Part shown: piece by piece, positions 10,798 to 20,270 of the stretch
Layout of the letters: each line of letters opens with the position of its first letter
Numbering within the stretch: position 1 is the first letter of the stretch
Source of the DNA: Thelocarpon superellum
Lineage: Eukaryota
DNA length: 21,007 nt
Assembly (NCBI GenBank): GCA_026025795.1
Contig: JAPEUG010000027.1
Span: 62,001-83,007, forward strand
Direction: 5' to 3'
Program-made: the position numbers and the translations under genes
The notes under the pieces: model-generated
Databases searched by the model: none
Told to the model about the DNA's origin: nothing
Seen by the model: the letters and a program-made list of their open reading frames with translations, nothing else

Positions 10798-13700
10798 ATG
10801 TCCAGCTATTCCTTGCTACCCCACATCAAAGACCTCATTGATCTGCTTCCACCTACTGACACAGACACATCAGTACTATGTTATTGGTTAACAATGTTGC
10901 TAATGTTTTGTACCACTCTCAGACACTTCAAGCAAGAGGCTTCTATCCTCATGTCCAGATGTAGCAGACTCCACCAATTGGACATCCTACAAGCTCCATC
11001 AGCAAAGGCAGACACACACAACAAGCTAGTCAGTAACAGAGAAGCTGAAGTTGACAGCAGTCAACAACAGCCTAATTCTGCTTACTGTGGTGATATAGAC
11101 AAGCAGCTTGATGACAAGCCACTGGATGTTCCCAAGCCAGCCAGTGTACCCATACTACCAACCAACCTCACTGTCAGTACACTAGACCATCCCAAGCAAC
11201 CAGATGTCCCACAATTCCCACAAGAGGCACCATCTCACCATCCTTGTTCCACATCTAGATACCAAGCTACCACAGGACTGTCTTCGACTGTGTTGCCTCC
11301 AGTCATGGCAAACAACAGCTTCACCCCAACTATGCTTGAGCAGATGCAAGCACTGATCTCCAGTGTTGTTGACAAACAGCTCAACAAACAAGCTGGGAAC
11401 TCTGCAGGCAACTCTAGTCAAACAACCAATGCCTCCACCTCTGTGGCTTGTCCTTTGGAGCAACTAACAGACATTGCCAATAACACCTTAGTCTTCAAGG
11501 CCAAGGACCTTGGCTTCTTTGACCCAGTCCCTGACACCTCCAACCATAGCACTGCTTGTAGGAAGGATAGGATCTTCTGTAACATCTACAACTTTACCAT
11601 GAACACCTAAGTGCAAGCTGAGACTATCAGCCATGCTGTCCTTTAGCAAAACATCTACAAATGCTTCCTGAACAAGGCAAATTTGTGGTACACCAACAAG
11701 CTCTCAGAGCTTCAGCAGACAGGCCTACAACACAGCACCAATATCAAAGCCTAGTGCAAGCTTCTAGAGAAATGGTTCTAGGACTCCCTAGGCAAGTCCT
11801 TGGCTGCACTTGAGTCAATCTGGTACACAGTCAAGAACACTTGACATTGACAAGATCCTGCTAACTACATTCAGCTGATTGTCACCCACAGTCACAACAC
11901 TGGTGTGGTCTGCAACAACTACACCCACTGCCTGACAGCATACAAGCATCTCGATGCTGTGTTGTGTGTGATGCTCCCACAAATGCATAGTGGGATGACT
12001 ATCCCTGACCTCATCAAGTCTATAAACAAAATGAAGCACTTGTGGTACAACCTGTACCCACTACACAACTGTGGTAAATCCAGCCATTTCTTGTCTCTGT
12101 TCTTCTCTTCTTTGTCATTGTCAACACCCTCATTGGCTTTTCCTTTGTTGTCTACTGGATCCAGACCTGGATCTGGACCAGGCTACTATAGCCACTAGGC
12201 CAATCGAGCTGACAACCAACAACAGGCAAATAGACAACCTGTGTGAAACAAGTGACAGGGACAAAACAACTAGCACAACCAAGCTGACCAGCTACCATAC
12301 AATCACAACAATCGACAAGAAGGCCCACACAGCAACCCATGAGATCCTGTTGAGCTTCCAGCTCTACAGTACAGGCAGAATCGCCTATGGAATAGGCTGT
12401 GTTGTGACAGCTGTGGCGTGCCTGTGCATGCTCACCAGGCCAACACCAGCCCCTCCAACACCAGCCCTAACAACAACAATGTCTATGACAACAGCTTTGC
12501 TAGCTATGCCAAGGCCTATGACAAAGACCATTTAGCATACTGGACTGGCCAGGGCCTCCTCTACAGTGGAGGTCCTGCCTCAGAAGAGCTGGCTACCAAC
12601 AACAACAATACCATGGGCCCAAGCCTAGTCATCTGTTGTTGTCTCAACTGCAAGTGGACATTCCCATCATCTACCAAGCTCTACTCGCATCTCCACAGCA
12701 GATGCAGCAAAGCTGCTAGAGCTGTCAAGGCTGCTGCTATGAGCATTGGATTGAATGACACAGACACTGCCACTACTGCACCTCTCACTGCTACTACTAG
12801 AAAGGCTGCCACAACTGATGCTACCACAATAACCAGCAAGTTGGCTGTAGTCAACAACTACACCATCATCAAATCAGATGCTGCTGGCACAACCAGACTA
12901 GGATTTAGATTCTGTGATTGGCGCTACACCACTACACCAGCCCAATTGACTCCTAACACTAAAGCAGAACCAGTCTGCCTTGACTCTAGATGTGCCATTA
13001 GCCTAATTGATCAACAATTCCTGCAGTTGCAGGCACCTAATGCTGTTGTCAAGTGCCTTAGCTCTCCTATGACTGTCCACAGAATATCCACTAACTGTCA
13101 TGACACTAGTGAGTTTGTTGAGACAACACTCTACATTGATGGTGTTAGCTACACTGACAGCATACAAGACAGAAAGCCTGTCACCACTAAAATTGTGTAG
13201 GAATTCCATGTCATAGATAGTCTCAAGGCCAAGCTCTTGATCAGTGTCAATGTCATAGGTCCTGAGGGAATGTCCCTCAACCTCTGTGACTAGACCACAA
13301 CTATCCATAGCTGCAGTAACACTGTCATCCCACTGACTGTGACTCCCTTAGGCAATCCAACTACTATCAAGATTAAGGTGAAAAAGTGTATAATAGTTGT
13401 GCCTCAAGCTATTGCCCAAGTCACTATCAATGGCACTACCAAGACAGTTCCACTAGGGCAAGACTGCCTATTTGAGCCTTACTTCAACAGCGCCTATACA
13501 CATGTTGTCAACCACTCCATGACACACATCCTTGTCACCAATAAGAGCAACAGTGAACTTGTCATTCCTTAGAACACCCACCTCAGTAACATCATTCCCT
13601 ACAAAATGGACAGATGCTTCCTAGCATCACCAGACAATCACTTGCTTGCTGTAGCTTTACTGTTGCACCTGTTAGGCACTCAGCCCACCAAGAACTAGGC

Positions 13701-16700
13701 CTGCACAGCTGCCAAAGCTGTTGTGATGGCCACAGCCTTCCATACTGCTCTGAAGGCAGTGGCCCTGTCTACGCATGCCAGCCTGACCAGCATTGTCAAA
13801 CCAAACTACAACATGCTGCTGGAGCTGGTCATGCCCAACAGTGTGACGCTCTATGCAGGTAGAGACTCTGACAATGTCAAGTGCCTCACCAACCTCCTTG
13901 ACAATCATGTGCAGCTCTTTGTCAATACTAGCAACACTGTCAACATTCTGGAAACAGAATGGATGACCATTCCTCTTGTCGATGATTGGTTGACCTAGTA
14001 CAAGGCTAGTAACACCAAAGTATACCCTGTTGGCCTAGCTGACCAAGTTGAGATTGATTGTGAATTCGACTAGCTGCACAAGCAAGGACATCTTGAGTAG
14101 TCAAACCAGATGACACTATTCTCCTTCCCCTGCTTTGTTGTTTGGAAGACTGTGCCCAATGGCATGTGGAAGGGCTGCATTGTTGTCAACATACACACTC
14201 TCAACTATATCACTGTGCTGGACACCTACCCTATGCTGGCTCAGAGTGATATTATTGCTGTGGTACATAGAGTGACCCATATCTCAACTGTCGACTGCTC
14301 TGTGTTCTTCTACTAGTGGAGGGTTGTGCTAGCTAACTGCCACAAGCTTGCTGTTGTCTCCCACCAAGGACAAGAGATGTTCAATGTCACTGTTATGGGA
14401 TATTGGAACTTGCTGGCATATGTGCAACAACAAATCAACAAGATCCTACAGGATTACTGCACCTACACATGCGCCTATGTCAATGACATCACCATCTTCA
14501 CAACTAGGTTGATTGGCAACCACATTGACACACTCAATCAGGTTTTCTACTAGCTATGTTGCTACAATGTGGCACTCTCTGCCAAGAAATTGTTCTTGGC
14601 CTATCCTTTAGTTGCTCTTCTAGGGCAACAAGTTGACTGCTTTGGCCTCACAACAGTGGAGGACAAGCTACATGCCATCACAAGGCTTCAGTTTCCTTAG
14701 ACACTCTGTCAACTCAAGACCTATCTTGGAATGACAGGCTACTTGTAGCAATATGTGCTGTTCTATGCCCAAATCGCCACACCTCTACAAGTGCAAAAGA
14801 CCTAACTGACAGCTACAATCCACAACTCTGGCACAACAGGACAGCATAAGCACCAATTGTCTTGACTGCCACTAGTAACACTGTTAAGCAAAGAACTTGA
14901 CATATTCCACTAGCTGTAGCAGATGTTTTCCCAGCTAACAGTCCTGACACACTTCAACCCATTGCGTCAGCTGTATGTTGACCTTGACATGTCCAAAACC
15001 TTCAGCTTTGGCACAATGGTTTACCATTCAAAGGCAGATAACACAACATTGACTGCAGTCAATGTTGCTGCTTTGCTAGACACACTATCAGGGACAGCGA
15101 CAACAATTGCTTGCCCAACAACTACAACACCATCAGCAACTGTATGTCCAATGATGCTGGCACCACTAAAGAAGTCAGATGTCCAGCCAATACTGTTCCT
15201 CAGCAAGCTGCTGAGTGGGCTGGAAATGCGCTACTGGCCCACAGAGCTGGAAGTCGCTGTGCTTGTGTGGACAGTGTAGAAGATCTGACACCTTGTCAAG
15301 TCAACCACCATGACAACAATTGTTTACACCAACCATAACACCACAGTAATAATCACCTGCCAAACAACACTAGTGACAACCACAACTAATTGTTTAAACC
15401 TACAACTGATCTGTGTGTTGGAATACCTCTAGTGGTTTAACCTTGATGTGTGATACTGCTCTAGGGTCTCTAACAAGGTTCCTAACACACTGTTGAGACT
15501 TGTCCAGCACAACACAGAAGACAACAATGCACCAAGCAATGCTGTGGATACACTGATGGATGTTGCATGTGTGTGCCTAGCCAACTGCTTCAGACAACTA
15601 CTGCTACCCACTAGCACCAAGGCCACACTGACAACCAACAACAGCATACTTGACACACTCCACAGAGAACCTGTGTACACATACACAGGGGCACTTGTTG
15701 AGATGTTAGACAAATTCAAGCAGTGTCTGCTTGACAGATATTCTGAAGACCTGTGCTAGGCCCACATATGTGACCAGCTTGACACCAACAACACTCTTAG
15801 CACTAATGCTACAGAGCTACCATTTGTGTGAAAAAACAGTGTGCTGTACCATGTCACCCACAAGGGCCTTGAGAGACTGGCTATTCCACAAACTGTTGTT
15901 TGTGATGTGTTTTGTATGGCTCACAACAACCTTGGCCACCCTGGATTCCACTGGGTCCATGCCTGCCTTGTTGATGTGGTCTGTATCCATTAGATGGTGA
16001 CACAATTATGGGCCTACTTACACCACTGCCCTGACTGCTAGAAGATGGTGATGCTATAGCACAGCCTGTACAGCTCAATGCAGCTGATCTGATCTCTACT
16101 AGCGCCATTCCATACTATCACTCTGGATTTCATCCTGGGCTTGCTAACATTGACATTGTCAGCTAGCAACACCAACTGTGTTATGTTAGTCACAGATAAA
16201 TTCAGCAAATGGACAACCTTCCTCCCTAGCTGTACAACTTATGATGCTACCACATGGGCGATGTGGCTCCTTGAGTGCCTTGCTGTTGTGGATTGGGGTC
16301 TTCCTACTGTCATTCTTACAGACTGTGACCCAAAGTTCCTCAGTAAGCTATGGTGCCAGATTTTCGCCTAGTAGAAGGTCTGCCTTGTTTATTCAGTGTT
16401 GTACCATCTGCAGACTAATGGCCAATTAGAGTGAACAAATCAGATAGTGGAGATCACACTTTGGTACCTGATCACTGGCCTTGATAAGCTAGTGGAATGG
16501 CTGAGCCTCTTGCCTCAGCTGCAAGAGACACTCAACAATTCTGTCTCTGTTGCTAGACAATCTGCTAATAAGATTGTTTACAGCTTTTGCCTGTGCAAGC
16601 CCATTGACCTCCTATGTGCTACTGATGACAAGGCTGGTGGCACAGGAACAGAAGCAGAAGCCACAAACCACAATGTGGAACATGTAGCTATACACACTGA

Positions 16701-17244
16701 TGTCACAACAGCTCTTGACTTCACCTGCATGACAGCAAAGCTCTACTACAACTGTTGACATACTGCGCGATTTCTTGACATTGGCGACTCTGTCATGCTG
16801 TGGCTACACCACAGCTACCATCTCCTTGACAAGATGAGTTGCAAGACCAGCCAGCAATTCGCTGGACCTTTCTGTGTTGTCAAGCATGTCAGGCACCTTG
16901 TGTACTGCCTAAACTTTCCATCAAGTTGGAAAGTTCATCCAGTTGTGTCAATCACACACCTAGAGCTGGTACTACCACCCTTGGACAATCTGTTCAACTG
17001 GGTGTGTCCCACAGAGCCACTAGCTGTAACAGTTAGCAACAAGCTGGACCACTACAAGATTGAATGCCTCCTTGATCAACAGATCATCTGACATGGATGT
17101 GGTATCTCATGCTAATATCTTGTCTACTGGAAAGGATATAACAAACACCATGACTAGTGGTACACCCTACACTAGCTAGACCACATGAAAGAGCTTGTGG
17201 ACAACTATGATCAAGCTAACCCACTCCTAGCATTTGTGACCTGA
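10798..17244 (+). pseudogene. gag-pol: Element C gag-pol polyprotein (~2150 codons in one frame, many stops; end approximate)
   Basis: ORF fragments at 10798, 11905, 12418, 13339, 13723, 14110, 14326, 14923, 15493, 16141, 16447 and 16795 share one frame. Motifs: VCLDSRC (protease, ~12982), YVND (degenerate YVDD, 14476-14487), RYWPTELE (RNase H), HNNLGH...CPDC and TLDFI / TDCDPKF (integrase), QFAGPF, and YKIECLLD...YLVYWKGY (chromodomain-like, ~17050-17165). Confidence 0.94.
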
Positions 17245-17396
17245 TGTCACAATACTGGTATCTCCACTTGACTGCCTTGTTGACAGCAGTCACCTTTTGC
17301 TATGGAACAACCAATATGCTATACAACTACAACTATGTCTTACACTGGAATGGAATGGGACAACAGGGTGTTGTCATTTCTTCAATTGCTGGCGCT

Positions 17397-17546
17397 TGTC
17401 ACAGATGTACTGTACAGTAGTATACCTAGTATTGCGATGTCATGTGATGAGTCACATGATGCTGTGTTATAGTATATAGGCTTAGCTAGCAAGCTAAGTT
17501 AATGAAGCATCTTACAACCCACTCATTGTACAGTATAGCTGTTACA
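17397..17546 (+). repeat. Element C 3' LTR (150 bp)
   Basis: Direct repeat of 10228-10377, followed by the TSD. Confidence 0.96.
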
Positions 17547-17551
17547 GCTGC
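17547..17551. repeat. Right target-site duplication of element C (GCTGC)
   Basis: One transition away from GCTAC at 10223-10227. Confidence 0.9.
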
Positions 17552-17982
17552 TGCAGGATCTCGCCCCTGCAAGTCCACATCTTTGTTGTCTAGCAGATGT
17601 CTGGGTTGTGCTTGTCAAGCCACAGGTAACCCAGAACCATCTTGTACTAGTTGAACAGTGTAGCCACAAAGGAGTCCTTTGAGTCTAGGACCTGCCCTTT
17701 GCTATCTCTGGCACAGCTGGTCAACTGCTTGACTCTATATGTAGGGATGTGATGTCCCCCAAATGCTATTACCTGTAGGGCAGGCTTGTCACAGTCACAT
17801 AGCTGCAGCTCTTTAGCTAGCAGATGTGACACAAAGTTTTGTTCTACTCTAGAATCGATCAGCGCTGTGGCTGCAACTGTCCTGTTGTCTTGCAGGATCT
17901 CAATTGGGATGACCAATTGTCTGGTGTTGGTCTCAGGGTGGCAACTCAGTAGCACTGACACAATGTCTACTAAGTCCCTGCT
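17552..17982 (-). pseudogene. pol: Element A pol, 5' part (aspartic protease)
   Basis: ORF 17647-17961 contains ATALIDSRVEQNFV and is near-identical to B ORF 3750-4064. Confidence 0.93.
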
Positions 17983-19280
17983 TTTGGGTTGTGTGCTGGC
18001 TTCCCTTGCTTCTTGCCATAGCAGTCCTTCTCCTTATGGCCCTTGTAGCCACACCAGTTGCATTTGCTACTAAACCCCTTCAACATTGTATAGGTTGAAC
18101 TGCTGCTATAGTCCTAGGGCTTAGTTGATGTGGATGAGGTGTTCAATGTTGACAGGGCAGACATGTGGTTCCACATACAGCTCCCTTCTGTTGACCAGTT
18201 TGGTAGGGATCAGCCTGACCATGATGTTGATCAACTGCTTCCATGCAGCTGTAGCACTGATCTGTGGCCCTGTTTGGGCCCTGAGCCTAGCCCTAGGGCC
18301 CTGCTTGCAGCCTGAGGGTTCAGGAGTTGCTGAACCTTGGACACCTCCACTATCAGGCTCTCTTGATCAGTGGGGTGTTTGTCCTTAGTGTCAAGTTCTT
18401 GTCATATCTCTGGTAACAAGCCAGCCTGTAGCACTCCAACACAAGCTGTGTTGTTGATAGGGTCTATGAGGTCCTCTAGTGATTCTAGGTAGGATACAAA
18501 GCAAAATAGGTCCTGTCCTGGCTTCTGCTTTGCTCTATAGTATGACTGTGCTGCACTGTTGGCTTGGGTGTTGCTAGGGTTGATCAAAAGTTGGAAGAAG
18601 TCCTTGACTTCTTTCTAGGTTGTTAGTGGTGTGGCCCCTGCTTGCTTGTGTACAAACTGGTTGACTATGCCAGGCCCTAGCCAGTTGCTTGCAAGGGTAA
18701 GCTGGTCCTCATCTATCTTATAGGTGTACAGCTTGGTTTGTAGAAGGTGTTTGACACAGTAGACCTAGTATTGCCACTTGTTGTAGGTGCAACTGTCATA
18801 GTAGGGCAGATTACCTACATCCCTGTCCTTCTCCTCTCTGTGTTGCTTCTGTGTGGTGCCTGAGGATGCAGATGAGTCAGGTGAATGGGGTTGTCATTGA
18901 GGAGTGTTCCTGGCTGTCTGCTTGGGTGTGGTGTCAAGCTGTGCTTCTCTAGAGGTCTTATTAGCAGTTTCTCCAGGTGTGGTGTCTGTTGCACAGCTTT
19001 GCCACCTAGCAATCTCTTGCTCTAATTTTCAAATATTGGCTTCCTCCTTGAGGACATGCAGCTGTTCTTTGAGGGTCTGCTTGTGTTGTAGGTAGGATAT
19101 TGTGGCTGTAGGTGGTGTAGGGGCTTCTGTGCTTGTTGAGGCCTGCTGGATCTCATAGTCTTGTTAGCTGTCTGCTAAGATCTTGGTGTTGGTGTTGATG
19201 TTGTTGATCCTGGTCTTGGTGTTGGGTCTGCTTGACCCCTGTGTGGCTCCTAGGTAGGATGTTGCTTGAGTCTCCACTAT
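17967..19280 (-). pseudogene. gag: Element A gag (start codon mutated ATG->ATA)
   Basis: 1314-bp reverse complement of B gag 2431-3744, with CCHC knuckle CNWCGYKGHKEKDC near 18021-18062. Confidence 0.9.
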
Positions 19281-19337
19281 GGTGCCTGTCTGACTGGTTC
19301 TAGCTAGCACCCTACTAGGTATCTAAGCATTTAAGAC

Positions 19338-19594
19338 TGTGATGACAAAGGCCTACAGCTAGGCAGAAACAGTAGACATAGTCAATAGAGTTGACTCTAT
19401 AGCTCCTAGGGCTCATAGACCTATGACTAGCCTCCTTGTGTTACTTGAGTTGAATGCTGGGGCTCTGCTAGCTCATAGTGGGACTTGGTTTATATACAGT
19501 GTGCCAGGTCATGTGCTGTATCATGTGACCATCATGTGGCCATCACATGATCACTCCTATCCTTGTGGTGAGGCATGGAGCTCCCAGCCTCACA
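19338..19594 (-). repeat. Element A 5' LTR (257 bp)
   Basis: Ungapped reverse complement of the B LTRs. The flanking 5-mer 19595-19599 (CACAA) is the expected TSD half. Confidence 0.96.
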
Positions 19595-20094
19595 CACAAC
19601 TTGACAACAGATGACAAAACAGCACCACAAGAACACAGGTGCACATGTGAGCTGCAAGGATGAGTGGCAATATTGTGACATATGTCAGGGTGTTGTACAA
19701 ATGGAAGGAGCTACTGCAGTTAGTATCAAAACACCTGCTGTAGGCACAATAGAACAGGGACAAATGTTGTGGCCATTTCAGCCTAGGTGCAATTAACAGG
19801 AATTTGCTAGAGCAAGACAAGCAGCCTCTTCAGCTAGGACTGCTATTGTCAGTTCCAACTGTATGGCAGGCACAAATCAACCTCACTAGACAGGGGAACC
19901 ACCACACAGCAAGGCATTGTGGTTGCAGGTGGCAGAAGGAAGATTGTGAGAATCCACAGCAGTTGGTGGGTAAGTAAACAACAACAACAACAACAGGTGT
20001 GTGTTGCCATACTAGCAAGCGCAGTGGGCCACACTATTGGCTCTATGCTGGTTTCCTACTGTTTTGAAGCTATTCACTTCAATATCACAAGTTT

Positions 20095-20105
20095 AGGAGG
20101 GGGAG
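20095..20105 (+). promoter_or_regulatory. Putative polypurine tract of D
   Basis: AGGAGGGGGAG immediately before TGTGTAGG. Confidence 0.55.
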
Positions 20106-20209
20106 TGTGTAGGAGTGTGCACGTGACCAAGTCACATGCCCACCCCTATTACAATCCCGGCTACGCGTAGATTAGCAATTCAGCTCTGATTCCTACACGC
20201 AGCTGCTAT

Positions 20210-20260
20210 CCTTCTGCGGTGGTTGTCGCTACCAGTAGCAGCAACAACCACCGCAGAAGG
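20210..20260. repeat. Inverted repeat / hairpin with perfect 17-bp arms
   Basis: CCTTCTGCGGTGGTTGT (20210-20226) pairs with ACAACCACCGCAGAAGG (20244-20260). An inner GCTAC/GTAGC stem is also present. Confidence 0.9.
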
Positions 20261-20270
20261 TCTCGTGACA

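Larger units (their letters stand above)
10228..17546 (+). mobile_element. Element C: full-length (7319 bp) inactivated Ty3/Gypsy LTR retrotransposon of a different family, with a single gag-pol frame
   Basis: 150-bp TG...CA LTRs, 5-bp TSD, TGG-type PBS, domain order PR-RT-RH-IN-chromodomain-like. Confidence 0.97.
1..19594 (-). mobile_element. Element A: degenerate Ty3/Gypsy chromodomain LTR retrotransposon, split into three segments (1-2116, 9134-10227, 17547-19594) by insertions B and C; 3' end lies left of the window
   Basis: The three segments are reverse complements of element B positions 5249-7364, 4160-5253 and 2117-4164. The coordinate offset is the same at both ends of each segment (no net indel). 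Removing B, C and one copy of each TSD rejoins the sequence seamlessly. Confidence 0.97.
19595..20270 (+). mobile_element. Element D: probable 3' end of another LTR retrotransposon, into which A inserted
   Basis: CpG-depleted sequence up to ~20100, then PPT-like AGGAGGGGGAG (20095-20105), then TG-TGTAGGA with E-box motifs like those in the other LTRs. Candidate CA ends at 20197 (TCCTACA) or 20270 (CGTGACA). No partner LTR in the window. Confidence 0.55.

Noticed and set aside
1..19594. Dozens of short ORFs in the six-frame track as independent genes
   Set aside because: They are stop-bounded fragments of the gag/pol frames or shadow ORFs. Their Cys/His/Gln/Met richness is what CpG transitions produce from Arg and Thr codons.
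1..19594. Alternative genetic code or stop-codon readthrough explaining the many TAG/TGA codons
   Set aside because: Many stops differ between copies A and B and map to ancestral CAG, TGG or CGA codons. Catalytic motifs are also destroyed (YLDN, YVND), consistent with mutational decay.
19979..19993. (CAA)5 microsatellite giving poly-Q, poly-V or poly-C ORFs
   Set aside because: Too short to be meaningful, and may be a mutated (CGA)n run.
20210..20260. Rho-independent terminator
   Set aside because: No U-tract, and the context is eukaryotic.
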